Source: Azolla caroliniana (lineage: Eukaryota > Plantae > Polypodiophyta). From it: DNA of 64,000 nucleotides. Each line of letters starts with the position of its first letter. Position 1 is the first letter of the stretch. Below the pieces are notes generated by a model, which saw nothing but the letters and a program-made list of their open reading frames with translations, searched no databases and was not told the origin of the DNA. This document shows positions 48,701 to 60,424 of this stretch, one piece after another. The position numbers were made by a program, and so were the translations under genes. The DNA lies in the NCBI GenBank assembly GCA_043228905.1, contig JBHGNT010000013.1, positions 8,680,001 through 8,744,000 of the forward strand, written 5' to 3'.

Positions 48701-49824
48701 GAGAGCTCGGGTACATGTCGGACATTGTGAAGTACAAGTGTAGAGCCACCTGCAAGGTTGAGCTCTACTGTGCCGATTCCAATGATGTCACAGTGTTGCG
48801 AGTTGCCGACTCGAACTGAGTCAGAGTGACGGATCGTATATTGCCGAAATTGGGATCGATGAGGAGTCACGTGAAATGATGCGCCCGAATCTAAGAGCCA
48901 TGTGCTCGATTCTTCACTCGTGAGCAGAACTTCTGATCCGACTGGATTTTCGATTGATAGTATATTCGGGTCGTTTGGTAGCACATCAGCTGAGAAGCTG
49001 ACGTAATTGATCTCCTCATGCCGGCCACTCTTCTTGTCTGATTTCTGAGACTTGTCGTTCTTGTTCTTGAGTGCGCGGCAGTCGGCTTTGATGTGTCCGG
49101 GTTTCTTGCAATAGTTGCAGATTCGATTATCCCGTGACTGGCTCCGTCTTCGCTGATTGTTCGGCTGCCGTGAGGAATCTCTTCCTCGTATGTTCGATCG
49201 TTCTGTCGAGCCTTGTACTACATAAGCGTCGTCTGTTGAGTCTTTGGCGAAAGACTTTCTCCGAGCTGCTTCGGTCAAGATTGCGCTCGTGACTTCGGAG
49301 TATTTAACAGGCGTGGTTGACGCGTTGCACACGGTTGTGACGAAAGTTTCCCATGATGAGGGAAGGCTGCTCATGAGTATCATTGCTCTGAGTTCATCCT
49401 CGATTGCCGTCCCCTGAGATGAGATTTGGGAGCTTATGCTTTCGTACTCATTGAGATGTGCTTGAACCGAGTCTGATTCTTTCATCCGCAAGTTGTAGAG
49501 GCGCCGGATCAGAAACATCTTCGTTGCAGCGACCTTCTTTTCGTAGGTGTCCGACAGTGTTTTCCACAGTTCGAATGCTGTCGTACACGATTGCACCGTA
49601 AAGTATACCGATTCCGATAGGTGCATCCGAATCGTGGCGCGGACGATTCTGTCCAGCTTCTGCCACTCAATTGGTTTGTATCCTTCTGGAGGTTCTTCAT
49701 TTTCGATGGGATCGATTTGCCCCTTGACTATGAGATAGTCCTGCATTTGCTCCTTCCAGAAGTTGAAGTTCGATCCATCGAACTTTCGTAGACTCATTTC
49801 TGACGAGCCGGATGTTGATGCCAT
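45793..49824 (-). CDS. gag-pol: Copia-F Gag-Pol polyprotein (1343 aa)
   Basis: CNYCKKPGHIKADC, LLDSGAS, WHRRLGH, TDNGGEF, YVDDML and YTDSDFAG. Confidence 0.95.
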   Translation of the reverse strand: MASTSGSSEMSLRKFDGSNFNFWKEQMQDYLIVKGQIDPIENEEPPEGYKPIEWQKLDRIVRATIRMHLSESVYFTVQSCTTAFELWKTLSDTYEKKVAATKMFLIRRLYNLRMKESDSVQAHLNEYESISSQISSQGTAIEDELRAMILMSSLPSSWETFVTTVCNASTTPVKYSEVTSAILTEAARRKSFAKDSTDDAYVVQGSTERSNIRGRDSSRQPNNQRRRSQSRDNRICNYCKKPGHIKADCRALKNKNDKSQKSDKKSGRHEEINYVSFSADVLPNDPNILSIENPVGSEVLLTSEESSTWLLDSGASFHVTPHRSQFRQYTIRHSDSVRVGNSQHCDIIGIGTVELNLAGGSTLVLHNVRHVPELSRPLISVGQLDEDGIRAGFSSGGWTLHRGNLLLARGPKIHSLYPLHVTLREGNLFLVDIPVSSLWHRRLGHLSKAGITHLSRAGYIPKLSFSDHQFCEHCQYGKQAAASHPTSAPRETRPLDLVHSDVCGPMPHQSLGGASYFVSFIDDSTRKVWAYPIRTKDRVFSIFSDWLAMVENQTDGKLKCFRTDNGGEFKSEEFVKFCRQRGIRREFTAPHNPEQNGIAERMNRTIQERIVSMLQHSGLSDGFWAEALLTAVHIINMSPSRPLGLQIPQELWIGSKPNYDKLRIFGCEAYALIPKDDRRKLAPRSRKCIFLGYGSDGEMGYRLWDPERRQIVRSSDVVFNESAMNPSVKTPIEVRRVTFSDVPTLQEGPALNTRSASRVAEPSTTDSDNSDSAQQNNPLSDHPTSIPDTTSPIIPRRSERLSQPPERYSPGIFFTDAGEPTSYEEASTSVDSATWHLAMESEMHSIRANKTWDLVELPKNRRALPCKWVYRLKETSDSTTPKYKARLVAKGFRQEYGVDFDEIFSPVVKMTTLRFLLGVVATDNLELIQLDVKTAFLHGDLEEEIYMEQPKGFVATGQEHLVYRLRKSLYGLKQAPRQWYKKFDDFIQSIGFSKSDEDHCLFTNTAQDGSPIFLIIYVDDMLISGRHAGELADLIRQLRLKFAMKDLGPARHILGMKISRHRDKRHLFLSQTDYIGRVLERFNMQSAKSASTPLPMNLRLSQRDCSTSGPEGEDMKSVPYAPAVGSLMYLMVTTRPDISHAVGVVSRFMHNPGRSHWNAVKHVFKYLAGTKDHDILFGPNSTSGVVGYTDSDFAGSIDSRKSTTRYCFKFGNGAISWKSKLQECTATSTTEAEYVAASDAAKEALWLGRLAHTFRQVDHDSAPVVYSDSQGVVALSKNPVHHNASKHIDVRYHFVRDCVISGKIGLEKISTTDNVADGMTKCLSADRFRSLRHQMGVTTNQSG

Positions 49825-50521
49825 CAAATTTGGTTTCGGTTGACGAAGCTCGGTTCGGAGTTGACTACGAACCTTGTTGGAGTGCAGCCGGTTGGCTCAC
49901 CCGATATCGTTCTAGTCGGATTTGAACCCAAGTCGGTTCGGCTTCGGATATATGTATTGTTGAACTTGCTCGAATTGACTCCGGTAACTTGAGGGACAGA
50001 ACCGACTGGTCTTCCCGAATGTTGCCGAGTCGGAGTGAGCCCGGTTCGCTTCCGAATATATATGCCAAATACCGATTATTGAAACCGATTGTCTGGACCG
50101 ATTCTGCTTCGGGTGACTGCAGCGACGAGAGAGACGGATCCAACTGATCCTCCCGAATGTCGATCAGCCGGATGAAGCACGAATTTGGGTTGTTGTCTTG
50201 AGACCGATCTGCACCGAGTGGTTACAATGAGCGGCGAGCAGCGTTTGATGACCTCTTCGGATGCCGTTTAACTGAGTGGAGCACGATCGTGTCAATGTTG
50301 CACAAGGGGATTTCACCTCGAGCGGTTACGATCACAAGGAACAGAGTACAACCGGCTGGCTTACTCCAAGCGAAGATGATCTAACTCGATGAGATGCAAG
50401 CCTCGTTTTTCTTCTTCTTCTCTCTTCTTCGAATGACGCAAGAAACCGAATGCTGTGCAGGTTGAGACGACGGCCGACAGCGGGTTGAGGAACCGAGTAC
50501 TGTGCAGGCTCTAATACCAGA

Positions 50522-50824
50522 TGTTGGAGACAAGGCCGTCAATGCGGAAGATCAAGTAGCATTCGATTGGGGTTGAGTACCTGCGTATGACAGTTTCTGA
50601 GATCGTGCACAGAGATAGAGAGAGAGAGAGAGAGAGAGGCACAAAAGAATCTTTCTATTCAATAGAAACAATAATACAACCAACCTTACAAAAAGGTTAC
50701 TAGGTCACTTTATATAGTGACAAACTTAGGGCAACTACCATTTATGCTAATTACACAAATGGCCCAAACTTGAGCTATACAAAGGGATAGTGTGAATACG
50801 TCCATTATACACTTGTATTCGACA
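50522..50824 (-). repeat. Copia-F 5' LTR
   Basis: Adjacent to the PBS. Confidence 0.96.
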
Positions 50825-52232
50825 TTACGCTGGGGACGCTACGGCAAGGAAAATATGGCAGAGTGGCCTATGGTGGCCAACAACATTAAAAGACGCCATC
50901 TGGTATGCTAAAGAATGCGATTTGTGTCAGCGGATGGGCCAACCAACAGAACCGGCAAGAATGCCTTACTAGCTGGTGCTGCCATTGGAACCATTTCAAA
51001 AATGGGGGCTGGACTTCGTCAGACCATTTAAACCACCAGCAATGAGAACCGGCAACCGATACGTGATTGTCGCTACGGACTACTGCACCAAGTGGGTGGA
51101 GGCCAAAGCACTACGTGACAACACCGCGGCATCCACGGCAAAGTTTTTATATGAATATATCTGGTGCCGATATGGATGTCCGATCAAGCTAATCAACGAT
51201 CAAGGTGGGCATTTCCTGGGACAAGTGGTGGCAAGCTTGATGACATTCTATGCAGTGGTGCACAAGAGAAGCACTCCATATTATCCGCAAGCCAACGGAT
51301 TAGCCGAATCCACAAATAAGACACTACAAAACATCCTCCGGAAAATCGTCAATGAGAACCGGACAGATTGGGATACAAAGCTGAACAGTGCACTCTGGGC
51401 CTACCGGACAGCATATAAGACAAGTATCCAGACAACGCCTTCTCGATTGGCATTCGGATTGGAAGCGGTAATGCCGATTGAATTCCAGGTTCCTAGTTTG
51501 TGGTTACAGGTTAGGGAACGCCTGAACCAGAAGGAGTCGGAAACCATCTGGCTAGCAGTACTATGCGAATTGGACGAACACCGGATAGCCAACCTGATGC
51601 ACATGGAACTGGAGCAACGGAGAAGGAAAGCGTTCGTCGATCGACACTGGAAAGGTAACGAAAAAAGGTTCGGATCGGCAAGCCAGTACTTGTATTCCAG
51701 ACCTGGATGGGTAAGATGCCCGGGAAGCTACGGTTTCGGTGGACTGGACCATGTTGGATTACACGGGAGTTCAACGGTTCTTACCAGCTAGGGACACTCG
51801 CCAACGAAGTTATGGGTAAATGGGTGAATGGGTTTCGACTCAAACCATACTATGGACCCATGCCAAGGAACCCGTTTGAGCAGACAAAGGCTGCCACCGC
51901 ACCGGACACCGGTAAGCACGACGAGACGATAACCGGTCATGCAATCGGCAAGCACAATCCGGAGAAGGGTCCGTTTGGGCCGGATACATATTAACAAGAT
52001 CGAATTTAAAAAATAAAAAATAAAAAATCAAATAAAAATCAAATAAAATCCAATCAAACCCAAACTATGTGATGGCGAGGAGTGAACGGGCACTTTGAAA
52101 AGCCAAGTAGTGGGCTATTTATAGCACATTAAAACGCCACCACATGGCACTTCATTGCAATTATAGTACACGACGTGCACATGTGCAAGAATCAAGAAAG
52201 GCGCGAACATGTAGAAAGAAAACCTACAGCGC

Positions 52233-53040
52233 ATGGAGGCCTTCTCAATTCGCGAACAGAGAATTGCAAACGCACACAGGCGACTGAAGATAATCATACG
52301 CGAGCACCACCCAGAGCCCCCTAATGCACCTACCTCACTAGCAACCACCGACTCAGAAGGAGAAATGGACTGCATGACGCTCTCTGAGGCAGCCAAGAAG
52401 TGGTTAAAGCAACACAGATTGGAAGGATTCTTGAGGATCATGGAGGCACCACCACACAAAGAGGCGGAAAGGGTTGTCAGAGCCATCGACACAGAAGTAA
52501 CCACAAAAGAGGCCATCCATGCCCTGACGGGCCTACCCGAGGGCGACATCTTCACCATCGACAACCCTACCCCGGAGCAGCTCACGAAATACTTCGGTGA
52601 GTATTTTCTGGCCAGCAAGGCATATCGCAGACAGGGCGGCGAGGATGGCTTATTTCAGGAGATTGCTCGTCTACTACACGAGTATGGCCATGTGTACCCT
52701 CGTCCCCCGGCAATGCCTAGGAACAGAGCTGGGTTAATTATCGCCACATATGAAGGTATACAGGTGGACTGGTCGGTGCTTATCGCCGACAGACTGCACG
52801 CGGCCATCGACTCGGTAAGAGGGAAGGATGGAAGGAAAATATGGTCGGCAATGGTGCAATGGCTCACATTGTTAGCACCACCAGTGGAGCGCAACACGAC
52901 AAAGAAGCGGGGAAGATCAGCCGAAGAAACCTCCAAACCGGCTTCAAAACGACAACAACTATTGGCTGCTAAGGCAACCAAGGGGAAGGAGGCCGACACT
53001 GAGAAAACGGCGAGTGAGCACCCCACCATCAATCCCAAAA
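52233..53040 (+). CDS. Additional ORF downstream of Gypsy-3 integrase, unknown function, 3'-truncated
   Basis: About 260 codons of globular-looking protein. A diverged inverted copy (53122-53402) keeps the frame and most residues. Confidence 0.55.
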
Positions 53041-53402
53041 CTGTGTTACTCCTTAGGGATGCTAGTTCGCCGTTTTCTCAGTGTCGGCCTCTTTCACCTT
53101 GGTTGCCTTAGCAGCCAATAGCTACTGCCGTTTTGAAGCCGGTTTGGAGGTTCCTTCGGCTGATCTTCCCCACTTCTTTACCGTGTTGCGCTCCACTGGT
53201 GGTGCTAACAGTGTGAGCCATTGCGCCATTGCTAACCATATTTTCCTTCCATCCTTCCCTCTTACCGAGTCAATGGCCAAGCGTAGTCCGCCGGTGATCA
53301 GCACCGACCAATCCACTTGTATACCTTCATATGTGGCGATAATTAATCCGGCTTTGTTCCTAGGCATTGCCGGGGGATGAGGGTACACATGGCCATACTC
53401 GT
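52678..53402. repeat. Diverged inverted repeat (arms ~52678-53024 and ~53056-53402)
   Basis: The second arm is the reverse complement of the first with scattered substitutions; the spacer is ~30 bp. Confidence 0.9.
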
Positions 53403-53857
53403 TAGGGTTAATGGTAATGATGATTATCGATGACAAAGATAGACATGGTGTGTTTGATAAGGATGATGAGCGTTATGGGATTAATGGTGTGAGAGACGAC
53501 AAGCATTGAGAAGCATTGTGGGGTGGGGGGTGGTGCCTAGAATGGCTCCACCCCCCTCCCAAGGGGGTTCAACGTTAAGGAGAGGGAAGAGAGAGAGAGA
53601 AATTGAGAGAGAAATGGTTATTCTATTCATTCATTCCCCATAAGGGGTTAAATAGGTACAAAAGGGTAGATACACAAGGGTGCAAGCCCCTTGCGCATTC
53701 ACACCTAACCACTCACTCACACCTCTTTGTATCCACCACACTGACACTTACATTCACACTCATAATCGTATAACATTACACATACATTTCAACACATTAC
53801 ACCTTTCACCCTCACTTATCACAGTTATCAATCACCCATACATCTCGTACGGTAACA
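53403..53857. repeat. Diverged relative of the LTR at 62549-63081
   Basis: Shares GGTGCCTAGAATGGCTCCACCCCCCTCCCAAGGGGGTTCAACG, ATTCATTCCCCATAAGGGGTTAAATAG and the CATCTCGTACGG-TAACA end. Confidence 0.75.
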
Positions 53858-53869
53858 CCACGTACAACA

Positions 53870-55435
53870 TAGTTCACCAATCCGACTTTATGTCGAGATG
53901 TGCTCAACCTCTTTGTAGGCAACACCTTTGTCAATGTATACGATCCGTTGTTATTTGTGTAAATCTTTACTAGAGCAAAAGCCTTTTATTCTACCCTCTA
54001 TTTAAGCCAATGATATCTCCACTGGATATGCTTAGTCTTTAAGTGATAGGCTGCATTCTTTGCACAGTGGATGACACTTTGATTGTTGAAGTGAAGTCAG
54101 AATTGCTCTTGCTGAATTCCCAACTCATTGATGAAATCCTTTATCCAAATTTCTCCCTTAAAGGGTATCTCCTGTCTTCACTCAAAACAGTCGACTCCTG
54201 TTCAACCTCTTCAGTCAGCTCTTCATCCGAATCGGATTTTGACCCTCGTTTGGTCAATTGTCTTCTTCTGGACGGCTCCCCTTGTTCCTCAGACGGCTTT
54301 TGACTTTGTCGAGTATCTACTCAGTCGATTGGTCCATATCCAACTTCGGTTGAATCGACAAATGTCCAATTCGGCCCGTCATCAACTCGGCTTGAATCGG
54401 CAAAGCTAGATTCAACTATGTTAGTTGGAGGTTTAGTCTTAGTTGACTGGGATGCCAACCCTATCTTCTTCATTTCCCAATCGACAATTGTCTTCTCTTC
54501 CATAAAGACAATGTCTCAGCTCCGAATCACCTTCTTGTCGATTAAGTCCCACAATCGATAACCAAATTGGTCTTCACCATAGCCGAGGAATATGCATGGC
54601 TGAGTCTTAGGATCCAATTTCCCCCTTTGATCCTTTGCAACATGCACGTAGGCAAGACAACCGAACACCCTCAGGTGCCGGTACGACATGTCTTTGTCAG
54701 TCCAAATAATTTGTGGAACATCTTTTTCTAGAGGAATTGAGGGTGATCTATTTATCATGTAAACAACCGTCATCAATGCCTCAGCCCAAAAGGTCTTTGT
54801 CAACTTCACATGTCCAAGCATACTCTCGGCCGACCCATTCAGCTCTAGTATCTTCGACAAGGTATTCAATCTGGATACCCTTCGACCAATAGTACTCCTA
54901 AAACTACCCTCAGTATTCACCACCATTGTCCGTCTGGACTGCCTTCAACTTCCATCTGGTTTCTCTCTCAGCTCTCACCTAGAACTCCGTGAAGACTAAC
55001 AACACCTAGTCCTTCATCTTTAGCATGAAAGCCCACAACTTCCAGCTATAGTCATCAATGAAGGTCACAAAATATTGTGAACCTGCATGTGACTTTGTGT
55101 CTACATAGTGTACGTCTGTATGCACAAGTTCTAGTGGCATCTTCTTCCTCATCGAAGGCCTGGGACGGAAGGAGGCCCTATTCTGCTTGCTGACCAAGCA
55201 ATCGGTGCATTTGTCAATATGCACGTTCTTTATCTCCGGTATGAGATTTTCTTCGGCAAGTCTCTACATCCCCTTATCACTCACGTGGCACAGCCTCTTG
55301 TGCCACATCCCACTAGTTGTGCCTATTTACACGTTCACTTCACTTCATCCCGGCACCGTTGAGCATGCATCAAGTATAATGTGTTTGTCTTCCGAGCATG
55401 GGCCACAATCAGGTTTCCCTTGCAGAACCTCAACG
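53870..55435 (-). pseudogene. pol: Copia-A-related remnant: integrase joined directly to the RNase H end (RT deleted)
   Basis: CTDCLVSKQ, LELVHTDV, HLRVFGCLAYVHV and RRYPLR, followed by WIKDFI and KTKHIQWRYHW. Confidence 0.8.
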
Positions 55436-56934
55436 TGTCGTTCTTACACGCCCTTAAATCGGGCTGACACAAGTACTAACAGTACCTGACTGCTCATAAA
55501 TGAGCCTACCACACTAACTCCCAAAAATTATTCCTTACGAGGAATACCATACTTTACGGCTTCTCAGTGTCCACACCGTTACGACCATGTTGTGCGTAAC
55601 TGTTTTATGCACCCGATTACACACCGAATGTTGAGCTTGTCTCTCAACAATATTGCATGATGTTTGAAGGCGGCCAAGAATGCTCCCGCATCTTGAACCC
55701 CATCACCTGCAAAAGCAAATTGAAAAGTCATATTGGCTACAAACAAAACATGCATTCCCTCTTATACGGAAAGAATCGACCCTCCTTGGAGTGCCAAAAT
55801 GATGATGAGAGAAAGAAAAAAGATAGAGAAGAGAAGAGGAAGGAGAAAAGAATACTTCAATATACTATTAGGAAAACAACACAATCTTCTTAGGCTCCAA
55901 AAGTAACAACCCCAAATAACTACTTCAATATACTATTAGCCAAAATAGTCTTTCCTTCTTCTCTCTTTGTTCAACTAATCTTCTTCTCACTTCTTCTAAT
56001 ATTCTTATTCTTCCTCGCTTCTTCTTGTAGATATTCTATTCTCCCCCCCCCCCCCCCTCTATTGCTAAGAATACCCTCATATATATAGGTTTTTAGTTGC
56101 GTTATTCTTGCTTTTTTCTTATATCCTCGAGTTTGTGTGATACGTTTTTCATATCATTATTTCTGGTTTTTCATCCAAATTTATCATGCAAGAAAACTCT
56201 CTTTGTCAGCTTTCTTATGAATCTTTTCTTTTGAAATTTGGACATGAGATAAAGAAGTTACGAGCTTTTTTCTCTACCTTGCTTTCTCTGCCTTTGTATG
56301 CGTTTTTTCCTTTTTTCTATTTTCTTGCTTTTTCTACTTTTGGAAAACGCCTCTAACTTCATATCCCTTTAATCGCATTTGTCTTTTAACTCTTGAACCT
56401 TTCATATTGTGCTTTATTCTTATACACCTTAGCATCTAATGTATCTACCATGGTCTTTTCTTACAAGCAAAAATTGACTTCATAGTTACCTACTTGAGAT
56501 CTTCATAAGAAGAGGGTTGATCTTAGTTCCGCACCTGCCGGGCGCTCCCAACATTTACCATCTTTCAATTCAATTTGATTCAAAAAGTCAGGTCATGTAC
56601 TCTTATCTAAGCAGGCTCAACCCTTGCATTTCGGGTCTTTCTCCACCCATACCTCGTTACATGCCTAGCCCTTATGGACGCACAAATGAATATGGGCTTA
56701 CCATGTTCCATCAATGGCATCTAACCTATGCTGATTTCATGGACTGTGCTCTACCTCGGTGAACCCATGTAGTTTCGACATGCCCAGAGGCCAAAGGCAA
56801 ATCCGTTCAGTCGAAGATGACCCTAGCCTTGCCTCGGTCATCCTTTACTAGGCTTATACACATTTTCTTACGTTGTCCTGTCGTTAGCTCACCCTGACCC
56901 CCATCTTGAGGGACGTTGCCCTCTAGGCGTCACA
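55436..56934. repeat. Putative LTR-like insert related to 30002-37776
   Basis: Begins TGTCGT exactly where copia homology stops, and 56040-56370 resembles 31740-32070. The right end is uncertain. Confidence 0.4.
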
Positions 56935-57399
56935 CCAAGTCTTTACAGTCAAAGCGTGCTTGAGCAAGGTCAAGAAAAACCGTCGCCCGATGGGAACCTC
57001 CCCCATATTACTATCGATGTCTTCATGTCGCACAACCTCTTAACATTACATCACTGAATCTCCAATCCAAAGCTTACTATGCAGTGACGGTACCGATATC
57101 CACTAATCATTATTTCCAGATACGGTTGTTGGTCGGTCGATGTTTCCTTGGATTCGTCAATACGAATGTCGTTACTTCGAGAGTCTTTGAATCATATCCA
57201 TCCATGAAGTGTAGAAGTAGATTTAGTAGGAAACCCCATGGGCTGATGCCAAGGAAAAATCGGAGCCCAAGCTTTGAGAGGACATAAAGCTTTGGGGGGT
57301 TGGGGGAGTTAAGGGTTGAGGGTTGAGGCAGGCAGGCAGGGGAATCGGTGGAATCGAGGGAGTAGGGAGTTGAGGTGAGTTGAGGAGAGAGAGTTCATG

Positions 57400-58640
57400 T
57401 GAATCATTATATAATGCAATGGTGGTGGTCCAACTCCACACTGCACTATTTCTATTTCTGGGTTTGCCATTCTTCTTTCTTGGGAACAGACTGACTACTT
57501 GCTATCAGGGAGACAGACCACCCAAGTAGTTTGCTGTGCTCGATTGGGGTATATGATCGATCCCGGCTGACAACATTTTCTATACTTCCGCTTGATTTTA
57601 TTGGCCGGGTGGGTGGGTTGTTGTCGTATTGCTCATGCATCGATGTGTGGAATATGTATATGATATGACCTTTGCAGGTATCCATCCATCCCCCTTGCTC
57701 GTGCGAAGACATGTTTGAATTCTTCTTCTATGAGGTGTTTAATAAGGCATCTTCACTTCACTTTTTGGTGGAGGTCCATGGCGATGAACACACTAGTTTG
57801 GGATTTCCCCAATCACCACCTACATTTATCTCTTTGACTTTTTATGGGACCGTCACCGGTCGTGCCTAGGCGTATGATGTTCTCGCTTCTTTATCTCAAG
57901 TTGGGGGCGTATGATGTTCTCGCTTGTTGTGTATTATGTTGGCGGCGGCCTTTCTACATACTCTAGGAGGACATATTGCTAGTTTGGTGTGGGTTTAGAT
58001 AGACTGTGTTGTTCTCGTTTGTTGGTCATTCATTGCCTATTATACGCACTTCGACACCCATCATGAAGTCCTCAAACGTCATCACCACCCAATGAATGTG
58101 CTTCTGTGAATGATCAACACATTTGGGGTTTAGGAAATGTTGCAGGAGCCCATTGATGAACCCACACATAAGTTTGTCGTCAGACAACTTGTCACAAGGA
58201 TTGCACCTATTGTGCAGATTTTTGGTGTGCTCTGATGCTTTCTTTTGTTTCTTACTTAAGCGAGAAGAATTAGTCAATAGAATTACATTTGTTCCCGTGG
58301 CAAGATAAATTGGTTAACAAGTCCTTGATGACATATTCAAAAGCAGTCATTAGGCCTTATTCGAGGGTTCAGAACTAGATGCATGATTGATTGGTCTTCA
58401 TGCATGAGCTCAGATGCTGCTACTTTTGTGGCCTCGGTGATTGGCTTATATGCTCGGCTTATTAGTTTCTGTGTAAAAAGTCGTATGCATCCCCGTACCC
58501 AAGGAAATTGGGGGACCAACTTCGAAATTGAATTGCTTTCTTCACAGTCATTTGTGGGGTGTCGCGGGTCTATATTTGCGTGTCTTTCCCACTCCATCAA
58601 TGAGACTAGAGTCTGAATGGATTGCAAGGTGATAACCAAC
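57400..58640 (-). pseudogene. Highly decayed gypsy gag/RT remnant
   Basis: Scattered motifs in shifting frames: GFINGL, VKEINVG, PIEHS and VPKK. Confidence 0.4.
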
Positions 58641-59377
58641 TCAATGTTGGGAGGTTCATTTGAGCCTGTGTTTGTTTCCTATTGATTTTCACACACTCCT
58701 TGATGTGGTGGCTCTTGCTTCTGTCTATTACAAGGACTACCATTGTGCTTAAGCGGGGCTTTGACTATGATCCATGATGGGTCAAGGGTCGCACTTGTCG
58801 ATTCCGTATTGTTGTTTCTGGGAGTGTGAATCTTTGTTGAATGTTGGCGTAAGCTGTGTTTCTCTTGGAAAGTGCCGCCTCAATTTCAATCATTGTTGGT
58901 TGTGCTTGCCCAACTTTTGTCAATTGTGTGGTTCACAACTCTATTTCGTGTTCAACAATGTTGAGTTATTGCATTGTCTTTTGGTAGTGACAGTCAAGGA
59001 GTTGGCGGTTCATCAGCGGGCTTTGATGTGTTGGTATGACTTGAGAGGAGGTGTGATGCATGTGAGGTTGTTGTTGAGACTGATGTTTGGTACCCGTCCA
59101 AGTGACAACCATCCCCATACCGATGGGTGGGCTTAGATGTGCTAGCCTAAGCATGGAATTTAAATGCATCCATTTATTGTGGATTAGTTCCAGCCACTTT
59201 CTTGTGTATTTTTAGAGGCGAAGGGTTGGTGGAGTCGTTTGATATAGTTTTATATATGGCTTTACTGCTTGGTATGTAGACGCATCAATATGGTTCAATG
59301 ATCATTATGGTGCCTAGGCGCCTTCTTCCCCTATTCCCCTACACAACACATAAGTAATAAGAAGAGCCCCAATGCGT

Positions 59378-59477
59378 NNNNNNNNNNNNNNNNNNNNNNN
59401 NNNNNNNNNNNNNNNNNNNNNNNNNNNNNNNNNNNNNNNNNNNNNNNNNNNNNNNNNNNNNNNNNNNNNNNNNNNNN
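59378..59477. other. Assembly gap (100 N)
   Basis: Run of n. Confidence 0.99.
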
Positions 59478-59728
59478 AAGAGTCAATGTGATGAGCGAGG
59501 GTCAAATGTGATCATGATGATTGTTGTGTGTGTGTGTAGGGGGCATAAATGTAATTGTGAGTCGATACGTATGTGAACACATGCACACGTGTGTGCATGT
59601 GGATGGATATGAGGAGGTGTGAGTGAGTGTCCAGTATGAATGCTCGAGGGGGCTTACACCCCTATGTATCTACCCCCTCTTGTACTATTTAACCCCTTAT
59701 GGGGAATGAATGAAATATGAATGAATCA

Positions 59729-59767
<39 letters not shown>

Positions 59768-59940
59768 ACATATTTCTCTCTCTCTCTCTCCCTCTCTCAC
59801 GTCGAACCCCCTTGGGAGGGGGGTGGAGCCATTCTAGGCACCACCCCCCACCCCACAATGCTTTTCTATATGATCTCTCACCATCATACTCTCCATCACC
59901 ATGTATATCTTCATTACCAATCATCATAGTTATCATTCAT
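59478..59940. repeat. Inverted partial copy of the adjacent LTR (fold-back palindrome)
   Basis: Reverse complement of ~59940-60379, apart from microsatellite length and one substitution. Confidence 0.9.
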
Positions 59941-60088
59941 AATGAAGATATACATGGTGATGGAGAGTATGATGGTGAGAGATCATATAGAAAAGCATTG
60001 CGGGGTGGGGGGTGGTGCCTAGAATGGCTCCACCCCCCTCCCAAGGGGGTTCAACGTGAGAGAGGGAGAGAGAGAGAGAGAAATATGT

Positions 60089-60131
<43 letters not shown>

Positions 60132-60408
60132 TGATTCATTCATATTTCATTCATTCCCCATAAGGGGTTAAATAGTACAAGAGGGGGTAGATACATAGGG
60201 GTGTAAGCCCCCTCGAGCATTCATACTGGACACTCACTCACACCTCCTCATATCCATCCACATGCACACACGTGTGCATGTGTTCACATACGTATCGACT
60301 CACAATTACATTTATGCCCCCTACACACACACAACAATCATCATGATCACATTTGACCCTCGCTCATCACATTGACTCTCCATACATCTCGTACGGGGTA
60401 ACACAATA

Positions 60409-60424
60409 TGGCACGCCCGTGGGA
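60409..60424 (+). promoter_or_regulatory. PBS-like site, tRNA-Arg(UCU) type
   Basis: TGGCACGCCCGTGGGA lies 5 nt from the LTR end; the recalled consensus is TGGCACGCCCAGTGGGA. Confidence 0.65.

Larger units (their letters stand above)
45297..50824 (-). mobile_element. Copia-F: intact, very young copia with identical 303-bp LTRs, TSD TTACG
   Basis: LTRs at 45297-45599 and 50522-50824. PBS TGGTATTAGAGC at 50508-50519, PPT ~45600-45607, TTACG at 45292-45296 and 50825-50829. Confidence 0.97.
41950..53040 (+). mobile_element. Gypsy-3: degenerate non-chromoviral gypsy internal region, interrupted in INT by Copia-F, with an extra 3' ORF
   Basis: CCHC knuckles (CLLCHSRNHTMDRC, CYYCQQEGHYSNQC), IIDGGSGVN, CVDYRKLN, FLDD, IDASDIAIG, KWGLDF, YYPQANGLAE and WTGP. 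LTRs not identified. Confidence 0.85.
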
